From: Trichoplax adhaerens
Taxonomy: Eukaryota > Animalia > Placozoa
Length of the DNA stretch: 35,242 nucleotides
Direction of reading: 5' to 3'
Assembly (NCBI RefSeq): GCF_000150275.1
Contig: NW_002061013.1
Coordinates: 1-35,242 of the forward strand
Both the position numbers and the translations under genes were made by a program. The notes beneath the pieces are model-generated. The model was not told where the DNA came from and made no database searches. It saw only the letters and a program-made list of their open reading frames with translations. Position 1 is the stretch's first letter. Every line of letters begins with the position of its first letter. Below are positions 13,058 to 23,431 of this stretch, piece by piece.

Positions 13058-13513
13058 CTACATTGTAATTAATCATATAAGGATTTATTTCTTCTGTTAT
13101 CCCATTTATTTTGTAAAGAGGTAATGCAAGTGAATGGGAATAGCCTTCAACTTCATAAAGAGGCACTGATCATATTTAATACGAAAAAAATGATTAACTA
13201 CATAAACCCCAGAATGATTCTTTGTAAACCGAAAAAATTAAATTCTGTGTAAGCTATTTAAGACTAAAGAGATAAATGATCAGGAAGAAAAAGATTATTA
13301 TCGTTTTGTTTTAAGACGATGAGCTTGCAATCTAATTTATTACGCTAACACATTAGCTCCAATTTTTGATGTCATCACGCTTCCGTCAAGCAAATTTTTG
13401 GCATAAAAATAAGCAGAATACTGTTCCGTCTAGGATAAATAATTTGCGACGATTTTAGATACGTAGTAAAGAAATCGTGATGTTTAAGATGATAAGTTTA
13501 CAATCTAATCTGT

Positions 13514-14415
13514 CATAAATAAGATCGATTTGTGAGTAATTCTAAATTCGAAATCACTGCATTTGCTTCGTGTCAGACCCACACTACTAAAAATTAAGTG
13601 GAGTATGATATTTGAATTTTAGGATAGTGGGTAGAAGAATATAGATTAGGTTATTGCAGTTGTATCGTCTGCCAAAGTAACAAAATATGTATTTATAACT
13701 GGAAATAATCGCAGTCAACTCACCTCCCAAGTTCAAGCCTTATTCTCTAGAAGTAAATCTCTTAATAAACGATAAACCTATCTGCGAATTAAGAAAACAC
13801 TAATTTGCAAAAATCTAGAGTATAATCGTGTTAACTATGTAGTCCTTTTTATTATCATACGCGTACACGTATCATTTATTATCCATCAATCTAATCTAAA
13901 TGAAGCAATTTCCGGTTTGTGAAGTGAAACGCTTTAGCCATATGTTTACTCACATTTAGTACGTATATTTAACTCGTACAATGTAATTAACCATAAGCAG
14001 ATTTATTTCTTCATTTATCCCCATTTATTTCCTAAAGAGATGATGTAAGTCAACGAGAATATAGGTACCTATCCATGTGCTTACAACTTTACGAAATGAT
14101 ACTAATCCTATTCGCTGAAACTGATGGACTATACAGTATAAACTCCTAATGATTCTTTATAAACCGTTAAAAGTAAATTGTCTGTAAGCTATTTAAGACC
14201 AAAGAAATAAAATATCAGCAAGAACAAGTAATTTTTATCTCTGTGTTTCAGATAGTGAGTTCGCAATCTAGTTTATTGACGCTAACACATTAGCTCCATT
14301 TTTGGATGTCTTTACGCTTGTTTTAAGTGCACTTTTGGCATAAAAATAAGTAGAGCGCTATTCTATCTAGGATAGATGATTTACGATGATTGTAGATACG
14401 TAGTGAAGAAATAGC
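13514..14415 (+). repeat. Older diverged tandem copy of the ~0.9-kb unit 11148-11604 + 13062-13513
   Basis: ataaataagatcgatttgtgag vs ataaataagagcgatttgtgag, colinear through to tagatacgtagt. Also carries a diverged empty site for the 11605 insertion at ~13972. Confidence 0.8.
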
Positions 14416-15270
14416 AGGCTTTAAAAAAAAATCTTGCGATACGTACGTTCAATTTTATAAATTTAATACTGTATCAAAATAAAATAAATCACAAGCTCAG
14501 GTTAAAATCTGGAACAGGGATTATCGAGTAATATTAAGTTAAGAATGGAATTAAAGGCGTCAAGCTTATGATAAACACGTGGCATATAAAAATAAAATAC
14601 ATGGGAGGAAATATAGAGAATTTGAGATGAACACTTTTTAAATTAGTTTTTAATGATAATGTCTATCCGTACCAGTTCACTCCTGCTTGATTTATTGGGA
14701 TAGACTGGATACAACGTTTAATGAGTATTTCACAGTTCTTGAATCTTGATGCTCAAGCTGACAGTTTAATGGAGCTGATGAAGAAAAAGTAATTAACGAA
14801 TTTGTCTGTCAAAAAGGCGGAAAGAGTGAGATAGGAAGGGAAAGTAGAAAACGCATTTATTCGACTGTCATGCGATCACATTATTGACTTTGAGTTCATT
14901 AATAAATGAATAATGTAACAGCACCGCTTGCAAAGAAAGAAATAACAATAAACTGTTCTTAACTTCTTAATTGGATGTTGAATTTGAGCTATTATCATGC
15001 AAATGAAATTAGAATTCAAGAACGGTAGATTGACAATAGTTTTAAAGCTTACCAAAGTTTTAATAACATTAACACTTATTGGTACTGCTAAAGTCAAAGA
15101 AGTGATGATATATGGTTTCCAATGTATCTTGGTCCCTTCAAAGGTTTCAATAGACGAACAGTATATAGTAGGTCATCATCATTAATCATACGACTCGTAA
15201 TTAGTCGTTGATTGTAATTCAGCTCGTTTAAGAACTTGTTATTCCAGTCAGTAAGCATATTTTATAGGTC
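14355..15270 (+). repeat. Duplicated block; second copy ~17522-18447
   Basis: Colinear match from tatctaggatagatgatt to aacttgttattccagtca. Confidence 0.88.
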
Positions 15271-15329
15271 AATTTGTATTATGACTTAGTTCGAACAGTG
15301 TATATAATAGTAATAATACGAGATTCGGT

Positions 15330-15749
15330 ACTATCATTTAACTGATCGCAGGTAACATTTTTGCAAGTCTAGATAAACTGCACTCGCCTACGACGGTAAT
15401 GCAGCAGCTGTGTTGTCAATTCTGCCAAACCCTTCGTTGGCTATCTCATATTTCATAAGTCCATGGAGTACTTTCATATAGTTCCATTTTGATATAGGTA
15501 TTTTTGCGACAGCATAGCTTGTACCGCATGAGCAGTTGTATACATATTCTCGAATTGATAAGTTGTTTTGGATTGCTTTAAGAGTAAAGCTTGGAAGCCT
15601 TTAGATATAGCACTATTACTACTGTTATCGGCACAATTTAGGGCTAAAATTGTCATCGCTGTTGTATCTAAATCAACCCAAGTTCCATCTGATGATTGCA
15701 TTACTTGTAATTTATAGACTAGATTCGATTTATATTTGCTGTTTGTCAA
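15330..15749 (-). pseudogene. Cobalamin-binding protein (transcobalamin/haptocorrin/intrinsic factor family) pseudogene fragment, alpha domain
   Basis: VDLDTTAMTILALNC and FENMYTTAHAVQAM resemble the family motifs (SVDT.AMA.LAL.C; FGN.YST.LA.QAL). After a frameshift near 15488 the reading continues WNYMKVLHGLMKYEIANEGFGRIDNTAAALPS*ASAVYLDL, with a TAG at 15388-15390, matching W.C...EI..G.F...AA.LP.L....YLD. Confidence 0.75.
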
Positions 15750-16074
15750 TCAAATATGGAGTACATCACTTCTACCCATATAAAGTTATTTTCCTGGGTA
15801 ATATTGTATAGGAGTACCTGTTGATTCTTAACAGTCCAATCGATCGACCTAACACAGCGATTTGCTTGAACTATTATAATTCTTGATGTTTAAACTAGCA
15901 AGAAAACTGTGAAATGGAATACAAAAAATAATATTAAGGCGAGAATCTTTGTCTTAAAGGCAGATGAGTAGAAAAGAGTGAAAGGCGAAAAATAACTGTG
16001 TCTTCTCGTCTGTTATATCATCATTAATATACGGTACCTATTGACCTGGTACTGTTTGAATAATTAATTTATAG

Positions 16075-16372
16075 TTACCACGCTCATATAAAAGTAAAGA
16101 ATTTTAATTGGTTAATTGAATTTCCATCATTACTATGCAAACAAAATTCTATAGTATCAAATCAAACGGATAGACAATAATAGAGTGATTTGCTTGAACT
16201 TTTATATCATTATTAGTATCCCTAGTGACATAGTTCTGCTTACATAATTATAATTTACTCGTATGATTGCCACGCTAAGATATAAAAGTAAAGAATTTTC
16301 ATTGGTTGATTGAGTTTTCGCCATTATTAGGTAAATAAAATTCTATAGCATGAAATCAAACGGATAGACAAA
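16075..16372. repeat. Two ~105-bp direct repeats with ~190-bp period
   Basis: ccacgct...atataaaagtaaagaatttt...aaatcaaacggatagacaa occurs twice. Confidence 0.75.
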
Positions 16373-18529
16373 ACTGTACGCCAAGTATGGCAAATAATAT
16401 TTTTGATAACTTCTATGATTAGTTTGATCGGTGTGGGTTCAATAAAATCCGTTAAGGTTCACATTCTATACTGTTTAAAATTTCAAGCTCTAACCTAATT
16501 ATTGTTTGCATACATATTACAATGAGGGGCGTAATATTGCATTCTTGACTAATCAAAGTTTGTATAAAGGTATTAATCCGACAACATAAGCAGGCAATCA
16601 GTACTGATTTAACGCAGTAACGATTTACTCATTTTTAAATATGTGAAGCACTTTCTAGTTATGGCTACAATAGGGATAATTATTGTAGATGTTTTAGCCA
16701 ACCTGACTTTGATCAATACACATTTGCCATAAAGTTAATTTAGAATAAAAATATGGAAAAACTAATAACATGATACTTGAGATTACTTTCGCCTGTTTTC
16801 AAACCACACTCTCCAACCTAATCACTAATGCCATATTATTATATTACCGAGAATCAACAAATAGGTTAGGAATTGGTGACAAATATTTTCATCTTCATTA
16901 ACGGTGCACAATAATAATCGATACGACCGTTAGCTGTAATAGACTCGGTCACTGAAACGTTGATATCGATTGTATGTCAGCAATATTTGTTGATAACTCA
17001 TACGATATAAAGACCAGGTAATACTTAATTAGGTAAAACTATTTCAATGAAGAAAAGTTATTTCTATTTCGAATACTCTGGCATTGAAATTATTCATTTT
17101 AAGTAATCTATTTAAACATTGAATCTGTACTGACTCCAAAGTCAATTGCGATCTTATTTTTTATACAGGATATCAGCTAATGTAGATAAAGGATTTCATA
17201 TCTGTAGGTGATTATCCATCAATTTATCAATACTTAATGCACGACCTTAACAGAATCCCGTGGGTACCACAGTTAATGAAAACGATACTATTTAAATAAG
17301 TATGTAATCTATTGTAATTGTTCGATTTCGGCCTACTACAAAGTGATAAATAAAATAATATGAAGGATGATCAGCAAAATGTCGTGACATGCTAATGCAC
17401 CTCTTCCTTGACGACATATGTAATAAATAATTACTTATACTTGTTCACATTTAGAGCAAGTTAATTTCAATTCAGATCTACAGTATAGTCTTGCTGACTA
17501 TATAACCAAATTTTTTATCATAGTGCTATTTTATCTAGGATAGATGATTAGTAATGATTGTAGATACGTAGTGAAGAAATAGTAGGCTTTAAAACAAAAA
17601 TCTTTCAATACACACGTTCAATATTGTAAATTCAACACTGTATTAAATTAAAATAAATCACAAGTGAAGATTAAAAACTGGAACAAGGATTAGCGAGTAA
17701 TATAAAGTTAAGAATGGAATTAAAGGCGTCAAACTTATAACAAACACATAGCATATAAAAAATAAAATACACGGAAGTAAATAAATAGAGAGAATTTGGG
17801 ATGAACACTTTATAAGTTAATTTTGAATGATAATATCTATCCATACCAGTTCACTCCTGCTTGATCTATTAGGATATACCGAATAAGACGTTTTAATGAG
17901 TAATTCACAGTTCTTGAATCTTGATGCTCAAGCTAACGGTTTATTAATGGAGCTGATGAAGAAAAAGTAATTAGCGACTTTGTCCGTCAAAAAAGCGCCA
18001 AGAGTGAGATAGGGAAGAAAAGTAGAAAAACAAATTTATTCGACTGTCATGCGATCACATTATTGACTTTGAGTTTATTAATGAATAATGCAACAGCACC
18101 GTTTGCAAAGAAAGAAATAACAATCAATTATTTTCAATTGGTTGTTGAATTTGAGCTATTATCACGCAAATAAAATTAGAAATCAGGAAGGGTAGATTGA
18201 CAATAGTTTAGAGCTTAATAGTTAGAGCATATCAAAGTTTTAATAACATTTATTGGTACTGCTAAAGTCAAACAAGTGGTGGTATATGGTTTACAAAGTA
18301 TCTTGATCAGTTCAAGGCTTTCAATACAGGAACAGTATATATAGTAGGTCATCATCATCAATTATACGACTCGTAATTAATCGTTTGATTGCAATTCAGC
18401 TTGTTTAACAACTTGTTATTCCAGTCACAGAGTATATTCTTATAGGCCAATCTTTGTCAGTAAGGCACTTAGTATATCCAAAGCTGTTATCAAATTAAAT
18501 TTTTCACTCTTACTCCTGTACATTGTCTA

Positions 18530-20270
18530 CTTACAAACTAGCGACCCGTATATTGTTTTAGTCAGTTATAGTTTAGTAATTCCTTGTGTTTTTCACCGTC
18601 TTCTTGGATAGTTGACCATCTGTAATTAGTTAAAATTGACATTATCAATTCTACTTTAATACCTTGAATAGTATCTATCAAAGTCATTGTAATTAAGGGT
18701 AAAGCCATCCAAAATATTATACAGGATGCCCCTTGATCGATAATGGTGATGATAATCCTATTTCTGCAATGTAGATTACATCCAGTAACATATATTACCT
18801 GTCTGTTTACCTCTGTCATAATGATGCTGGTTGGCCTCTTCATCTTCCGTACCGACAGCGATGGCTGATTGCAAGTTACACTGCAAGAAACATCGAGGAT
18901 AATTACACACGATAGAGTGAAGTCGTTGTCAATGCCTCTTTTCCATAATCCTATATTTTCTCAATATAAGAAATTGAAAGAATTAAGTGCCACTAATGAG
19001 AGAATGAAATCAAATTGCGCAGGGTAGTGATATCAACACCTGCACTTGATCTATATCGATCTATATCGATCTATATCGTCTACATTCTGCATCAACAGAG
19101 CAATCACTGGGATGCTATTAGTGTAAGCCAATCGACGTGTAGTTAACAGTGCTTAGCGATATTTTGGGGATGATTAGTTCATTCTGCATCTTCAATTGAT
19201 GTAGTGTGGATAAATTGCCAATCAATATTGCAGCCTTACTTCTTTTAGTTATAGCAATACTCAAAACAGGTTGTGGTAATGTCTACGGTTCATCTTCCAT
19301 TCCAATTATATTAGTACTGTCATAACTTACTTACCTTGTCCATGATATTGTAATATAATATATATATGATATATATGATATTGTAATATTGTATTATATT
19401 CTACAATATTCTATTCTAGATTGATGACAAGAATACGTATATTAATCTGCAGCTTCGCTTCTTGATCAACAATAGTTCATCGTAGGCATTATCAAACTAG
19501 CGAATTATACCGGATTAAAGAATTAGAAGTTATTACGAGATCGAAATGGATCTTTATTATGATCCTTGGATAGACATTCATAAGGTATCCCAAGATTAGT
19601 CTTGATGAAATAGAAGGTTTCTAGTTCCAAGGTAGCTCTTATGATGTAAGAAGCACAGCAGGAAGGAATTATTTATAGACATTAATAAGTGATAGCATAA
19701 TGGACATTTAAATCGGACCGTAATATTGACCATCGTTACCTAGCTTATGTTCATTTTTATTTCATATCAAGTTTAGATATTCATAAAACAGCTGTATACT
19801 GTACATCTGATTGAAGTGATCATTTCCATTAATATTGATGTACGGAATGGAAGATATCGTAATACATTATGTATAAATAAAGTGTTTATTAGACAGTGGC
19901 TTCTAATAAGACAACTACAATACTCTATCAACTATTTTTATTCAGAATTCAATTAAGGTTATGGCCGGTAGCCTGGAAGTTTTCTTATTTAAATCATCAC
20001 AATGGCTGCAATGGAGTCGATGAGATCTGCTAAATACTGAGTTCATTTACAATTCCAATCTTGCCTACTATTTGTTTTTTTCATTGACATGGTCAAAAGA
20101 TCTCGATGGCGTTAAGATGAAAATGATTTTGTTCCATAATTCACTGTTTTTCGAACTCTTCTTCGAAGGTTAAGATGGGGAAGCGGCAGGAATATCTACC
20201 ATGAGCGCTAAAATTCACAGTTCAGATGTTCGCAACCAAAATCTGCTCGAATTTATCCGATGAAGTATAT
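18530..20270 (-). pseudogene. Probable decayed multi-exon gene remnant, possibly TPR-like
   Basis: Several minus-strand GT/AG pairs flank short frames such as HYRSRGILYNILDGFTLNYNDFDRY and FDNAYDELLLI, interrupted by stops. The family call is weak. Confidence 0.25.
19048..19078. repeat. 10-bp tandem repeat GATCTATATC x3
   Basis: Read directly. Confidence 0.85.
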
Positions 20271-21127
20271 ACGGTACATAAGTAACATAACTCAACAGAT
20301 CGATGGTTAGCTTGCATTGAAGATCTTATATCTTATGAGGATAAGATCTAAAGCAATCAACATTTATTCAATGCCACAAACTACAAATAGAATTTCAACT
20401 GGCTGCGCGAAGAAGCCAGAATTAACGGTTCAAAAATAACCTAAAACATCATCATAGCTCTGCCTATCGAAAAAGCTCTCATACAATGCTAAATTACTTT
20501 TTGACATGATATTTCTGTTGTAAATAGTCTTATTGCTACAATATTTTATTCATTTCTAAAACGTGAGAGTTGCTAAAATCAAAAAGTTTGAATTAAATAC
20601 TGGTCATCAATCTCTAGTGTTAAAATTAAAATTTGCATGTTGAAGTAAGAATTTGTTAATTATAAGATACCAAATAATGATGCTCATAATTACAAAAGAT
20701 ATCTTTCTAGATTGCTAATTAATAGCGTTCAAGAGATATTTAATTAAATCAGAAATTACAAGACATTACATGCCCTATAGATGAAAAGCAGTAGTTAGAT
20801 GTAGTTTGTATATAAGCAATTTATACAAAGGATTTTAATACATTCTAGTTTTAATCTATTCGTACGCAATGATTTGTGTCTTTTCTTTACTCAAGCACAA
20901 ATCTAAATGGTATGAAAAAATCAATACACCAACAATATATCGATGAATACATATTGTCGAGAACACATAAATACAAATTTACTTTTTGGTATATAAGTTA
21001 CCGCTAATCTTGCCAATTAAATTCATTGAAGACATCTTCGTTAAATAAGACGAATGCTTGAAAAGATCAGCTTCTTTTAGAATCGCATATTTGTATTATA
21101 TAGATTCTTTTGCGTTTGAATTTTAAC

Positions 21128-22425
21128 TTATTTATCTCGATTCAATATGGTTTCCGCGACCGAACGAAGACCACAAGCAAAGAGAGCCTCTACTAGTGCC
21201 AACTTTGTAAATGTTTTACCCTTTAACTTACAATGTGAATCGAGCATGTCTACACATTGCTGATCAGTATCATTACTGTTGTTTTGAGAAATTTTCTTAA
21301 TGGCAGAGTTGGTGAAATCCAACTCCCTTGCTAATTTTTTCCAGTCAGGGCCTACTTTCTTAGAAATGATATTGATATAGGAGCTTGCAGCTACAAATTT
21401 ACGGGTATTAACAATTCATTAAATTTCAATTTACTCTTACATTAAGCTATCCGTAAAGCATTTGTAAATTCATTTAATGCATACTACTAAGCACGATACA
21501 GTGATAGAGTTTAAAAAAATAAATAGCAGCAGGGTGACAAATTACATTTGGGATTAAGCTCAATAATGTAAGTAGAGTAAAAATGGATAATGTTAAATTA
21601 GTACGGTCATAAACTTACGCGAATCCGGGCTGACGATGTAAATATCTATTTTTTGACCTTCGATATCGTCGATTTGTCTAAGAAGTGCATTATTTCTACC
21701 ATTTGCGTCTGTATTTTCTACTATCGCAGTCACAAGGATAAATATAAATGTTTAATAAGAGCAAACATAGCATTAAAGAAATTATCTAATGGCATGTCTT
21801 AAAGTAAGTTCATTAATTGGGCGGTACAAAGGCACATTGAATACATACGAAAGAAAACTAAAATCATTTCTGAGCTAATATAGCCCGATTTTATCGGGGT
21901 TGGTACTGTAGAGCTGTTTTATTTCAAAAGCATAAAGCATATGTACTCTTTTGGCTTAAATAATTCTAATATAGTGTGATTTAGATCGCGATTTTCGCGA
22001 TCTATTAGACCTATTATAATAAATCTAATAACGCCCTTCAACCCCAAAAGTAAATAATTAATTATAATTATTAACCTTTCTTCAATAAACAAAGATTTCT
22101 ACAGTTACAATTAATATCCTGTAACTGAGATACTAAGAAATTATTTTTGCTGAAATTATCAATAGATTAATGAAATGGAGTAGAGTGATTCATGAAGTGA
22201 AAATGAAAGAATTAGTTTCAGATGTTTATTGTCATATATTCGTTGTTTTGAAAGGCGCGAAGCATAAATTTATCATCACTTTACTATTCTGTTATTTACT
22301 GAGAAAATACATGAGTTATAATTTACCTGGAGCCGTTTCTGTATCCATCTTGTCAACTTCGTCTTTCGCAGGGCTAAGTTGTTGTTGACTCGATTTGGTC
22401 TCTGGCTTAGGTTTGACGATACTGT
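21128..22425 (-). CDS. Death-domain adaptor copy B, 3' exons 22327-22425, 21619-21708 (or 21720), 21128-21390 (terminal DD exon). The CARD exon is either hidden in the gap or is the pseudogenised one at 25072
   Basis: Phase-1 junctions give DSIVKPKPETK...APDANGR...VSPDSPASSYINIISKKVGPDWKKLARELDF...LVEALFACGLRSVAETILNRDK*. The exon before the DD ends CCGGATTCGC|gtaag, versus CCAGATTCGC|gtaag in copy A. Confidence 0.8.
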
Positions 22426-22683
22426 CTAAAATTTCAAGATATAACATAAATTTATATTCGTCAAATTTATAGCTCGGTGAAAATAAGTACTTTTGCATGA
22501 CGATATTTTATGATCTTTACCACTCATACTGCTACTTAAAGATCATTTAAAGCAAACGCTAGTGATTAGAATATTTCTTATACGGATACTAAGAATACAC
22601 AAATCATGTTACAAATGTAATGACCGGTATTTCTTTGTTTAACAGTACCATATAGTTTCTCTAATTTTTATGCATTTTCCTCA

Positions 22684-23381
22684 GAATCTGTAGTAGAATT
22701 TTAGCTGGCAGTTTGATAGCAAACTAGTGTACTATGTTCTAATCATCTTTTAACATACGATACATAATTTAAATACTTTACAACAAACTATAGGAATTTC
22801 AAATATTTCGCCAATACGGTCATCTTTACAAATGTTTTTGTAAAAGACTTGTACAGCAGAAGTAATATAGTACATTACTAAACGATATAAACCTGCTATA
22901 TCGCAATAGCTTGGAAAATATTTACTGCTTGAAAAACAAAGATCGATGCATGTTCTAATAATTTTTTATTATTGCTACAAATCGATATTCGTCAAAGAAG
23001 AAATAAAATGCTTTTAGCAACTTAATATTAAAGCCTAGTAATAGATCTGTCCTCCCAACATCCCATAGAGTACAATTCTAAATATTAACAACCTAGCCAT
23101 CGTCAGGAGGTTGTCATAAACTGCATGTCTCTTCTAGATAAACTGAGCCTCCTGATAAATTCATAACAGCTATAAGTTTATTATTACGTTACAATTATAT
23201 TAAGTGTTGGAATTTCTATGATTAAAAAGGCTCATGGTCATTTAAATATCACTACAGCATAGTAGAACATTAGTACGGTACATAGATTATAATGTTATAC
23301 AAAATTATTGATATGCCAAATAGGTTCATATCTTAAAAAGTTGTGTTGTTACTACTTGAGTATGTACTGTAATAAGGGTAC
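22684..23381 (+). repeat. Third copy of the post-CARD intron block (~8050-8746; ~23956-24653), ending at the gap
   Basis: Shares the diagnostic variants I checked with 23956-24653 (e.g. aaaaacaaag, cctagtaat, acctagcc) and appears identical to it. Confidence 0.9.
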
Positions 23382-23431
23382 NNNNNNNNNNNNNNNNNNN
23401 NNNNNNNNNNNNNNNNNNNNNNNNNNNNNNN
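23382..23431. other. Assembly gap (50 N) inside the CARD-DD array
   Basis: Run of N flanked by repeated sequence. Confidence 1.

Larger units (their letters stand above)
7529..13534 (+). repeat. Segmental duplication copy 1 (CARD block and upstream region); counterpart 23432-27692
   Basis: 7529-10302 ~ 23432-26072; 10619-11604 ~ 26231-27213; 13062-13534 ~ 27214-27692. Highly similar by direct reading. Confidence 0.92.

Noticed and set aside
14876-15185. ORFs 14876-15097 and 14997-15185
   Set aside because: They lie in a duplicated block whose second copy (~18056-18360) has frame-breaking indels; no protein-like signal.
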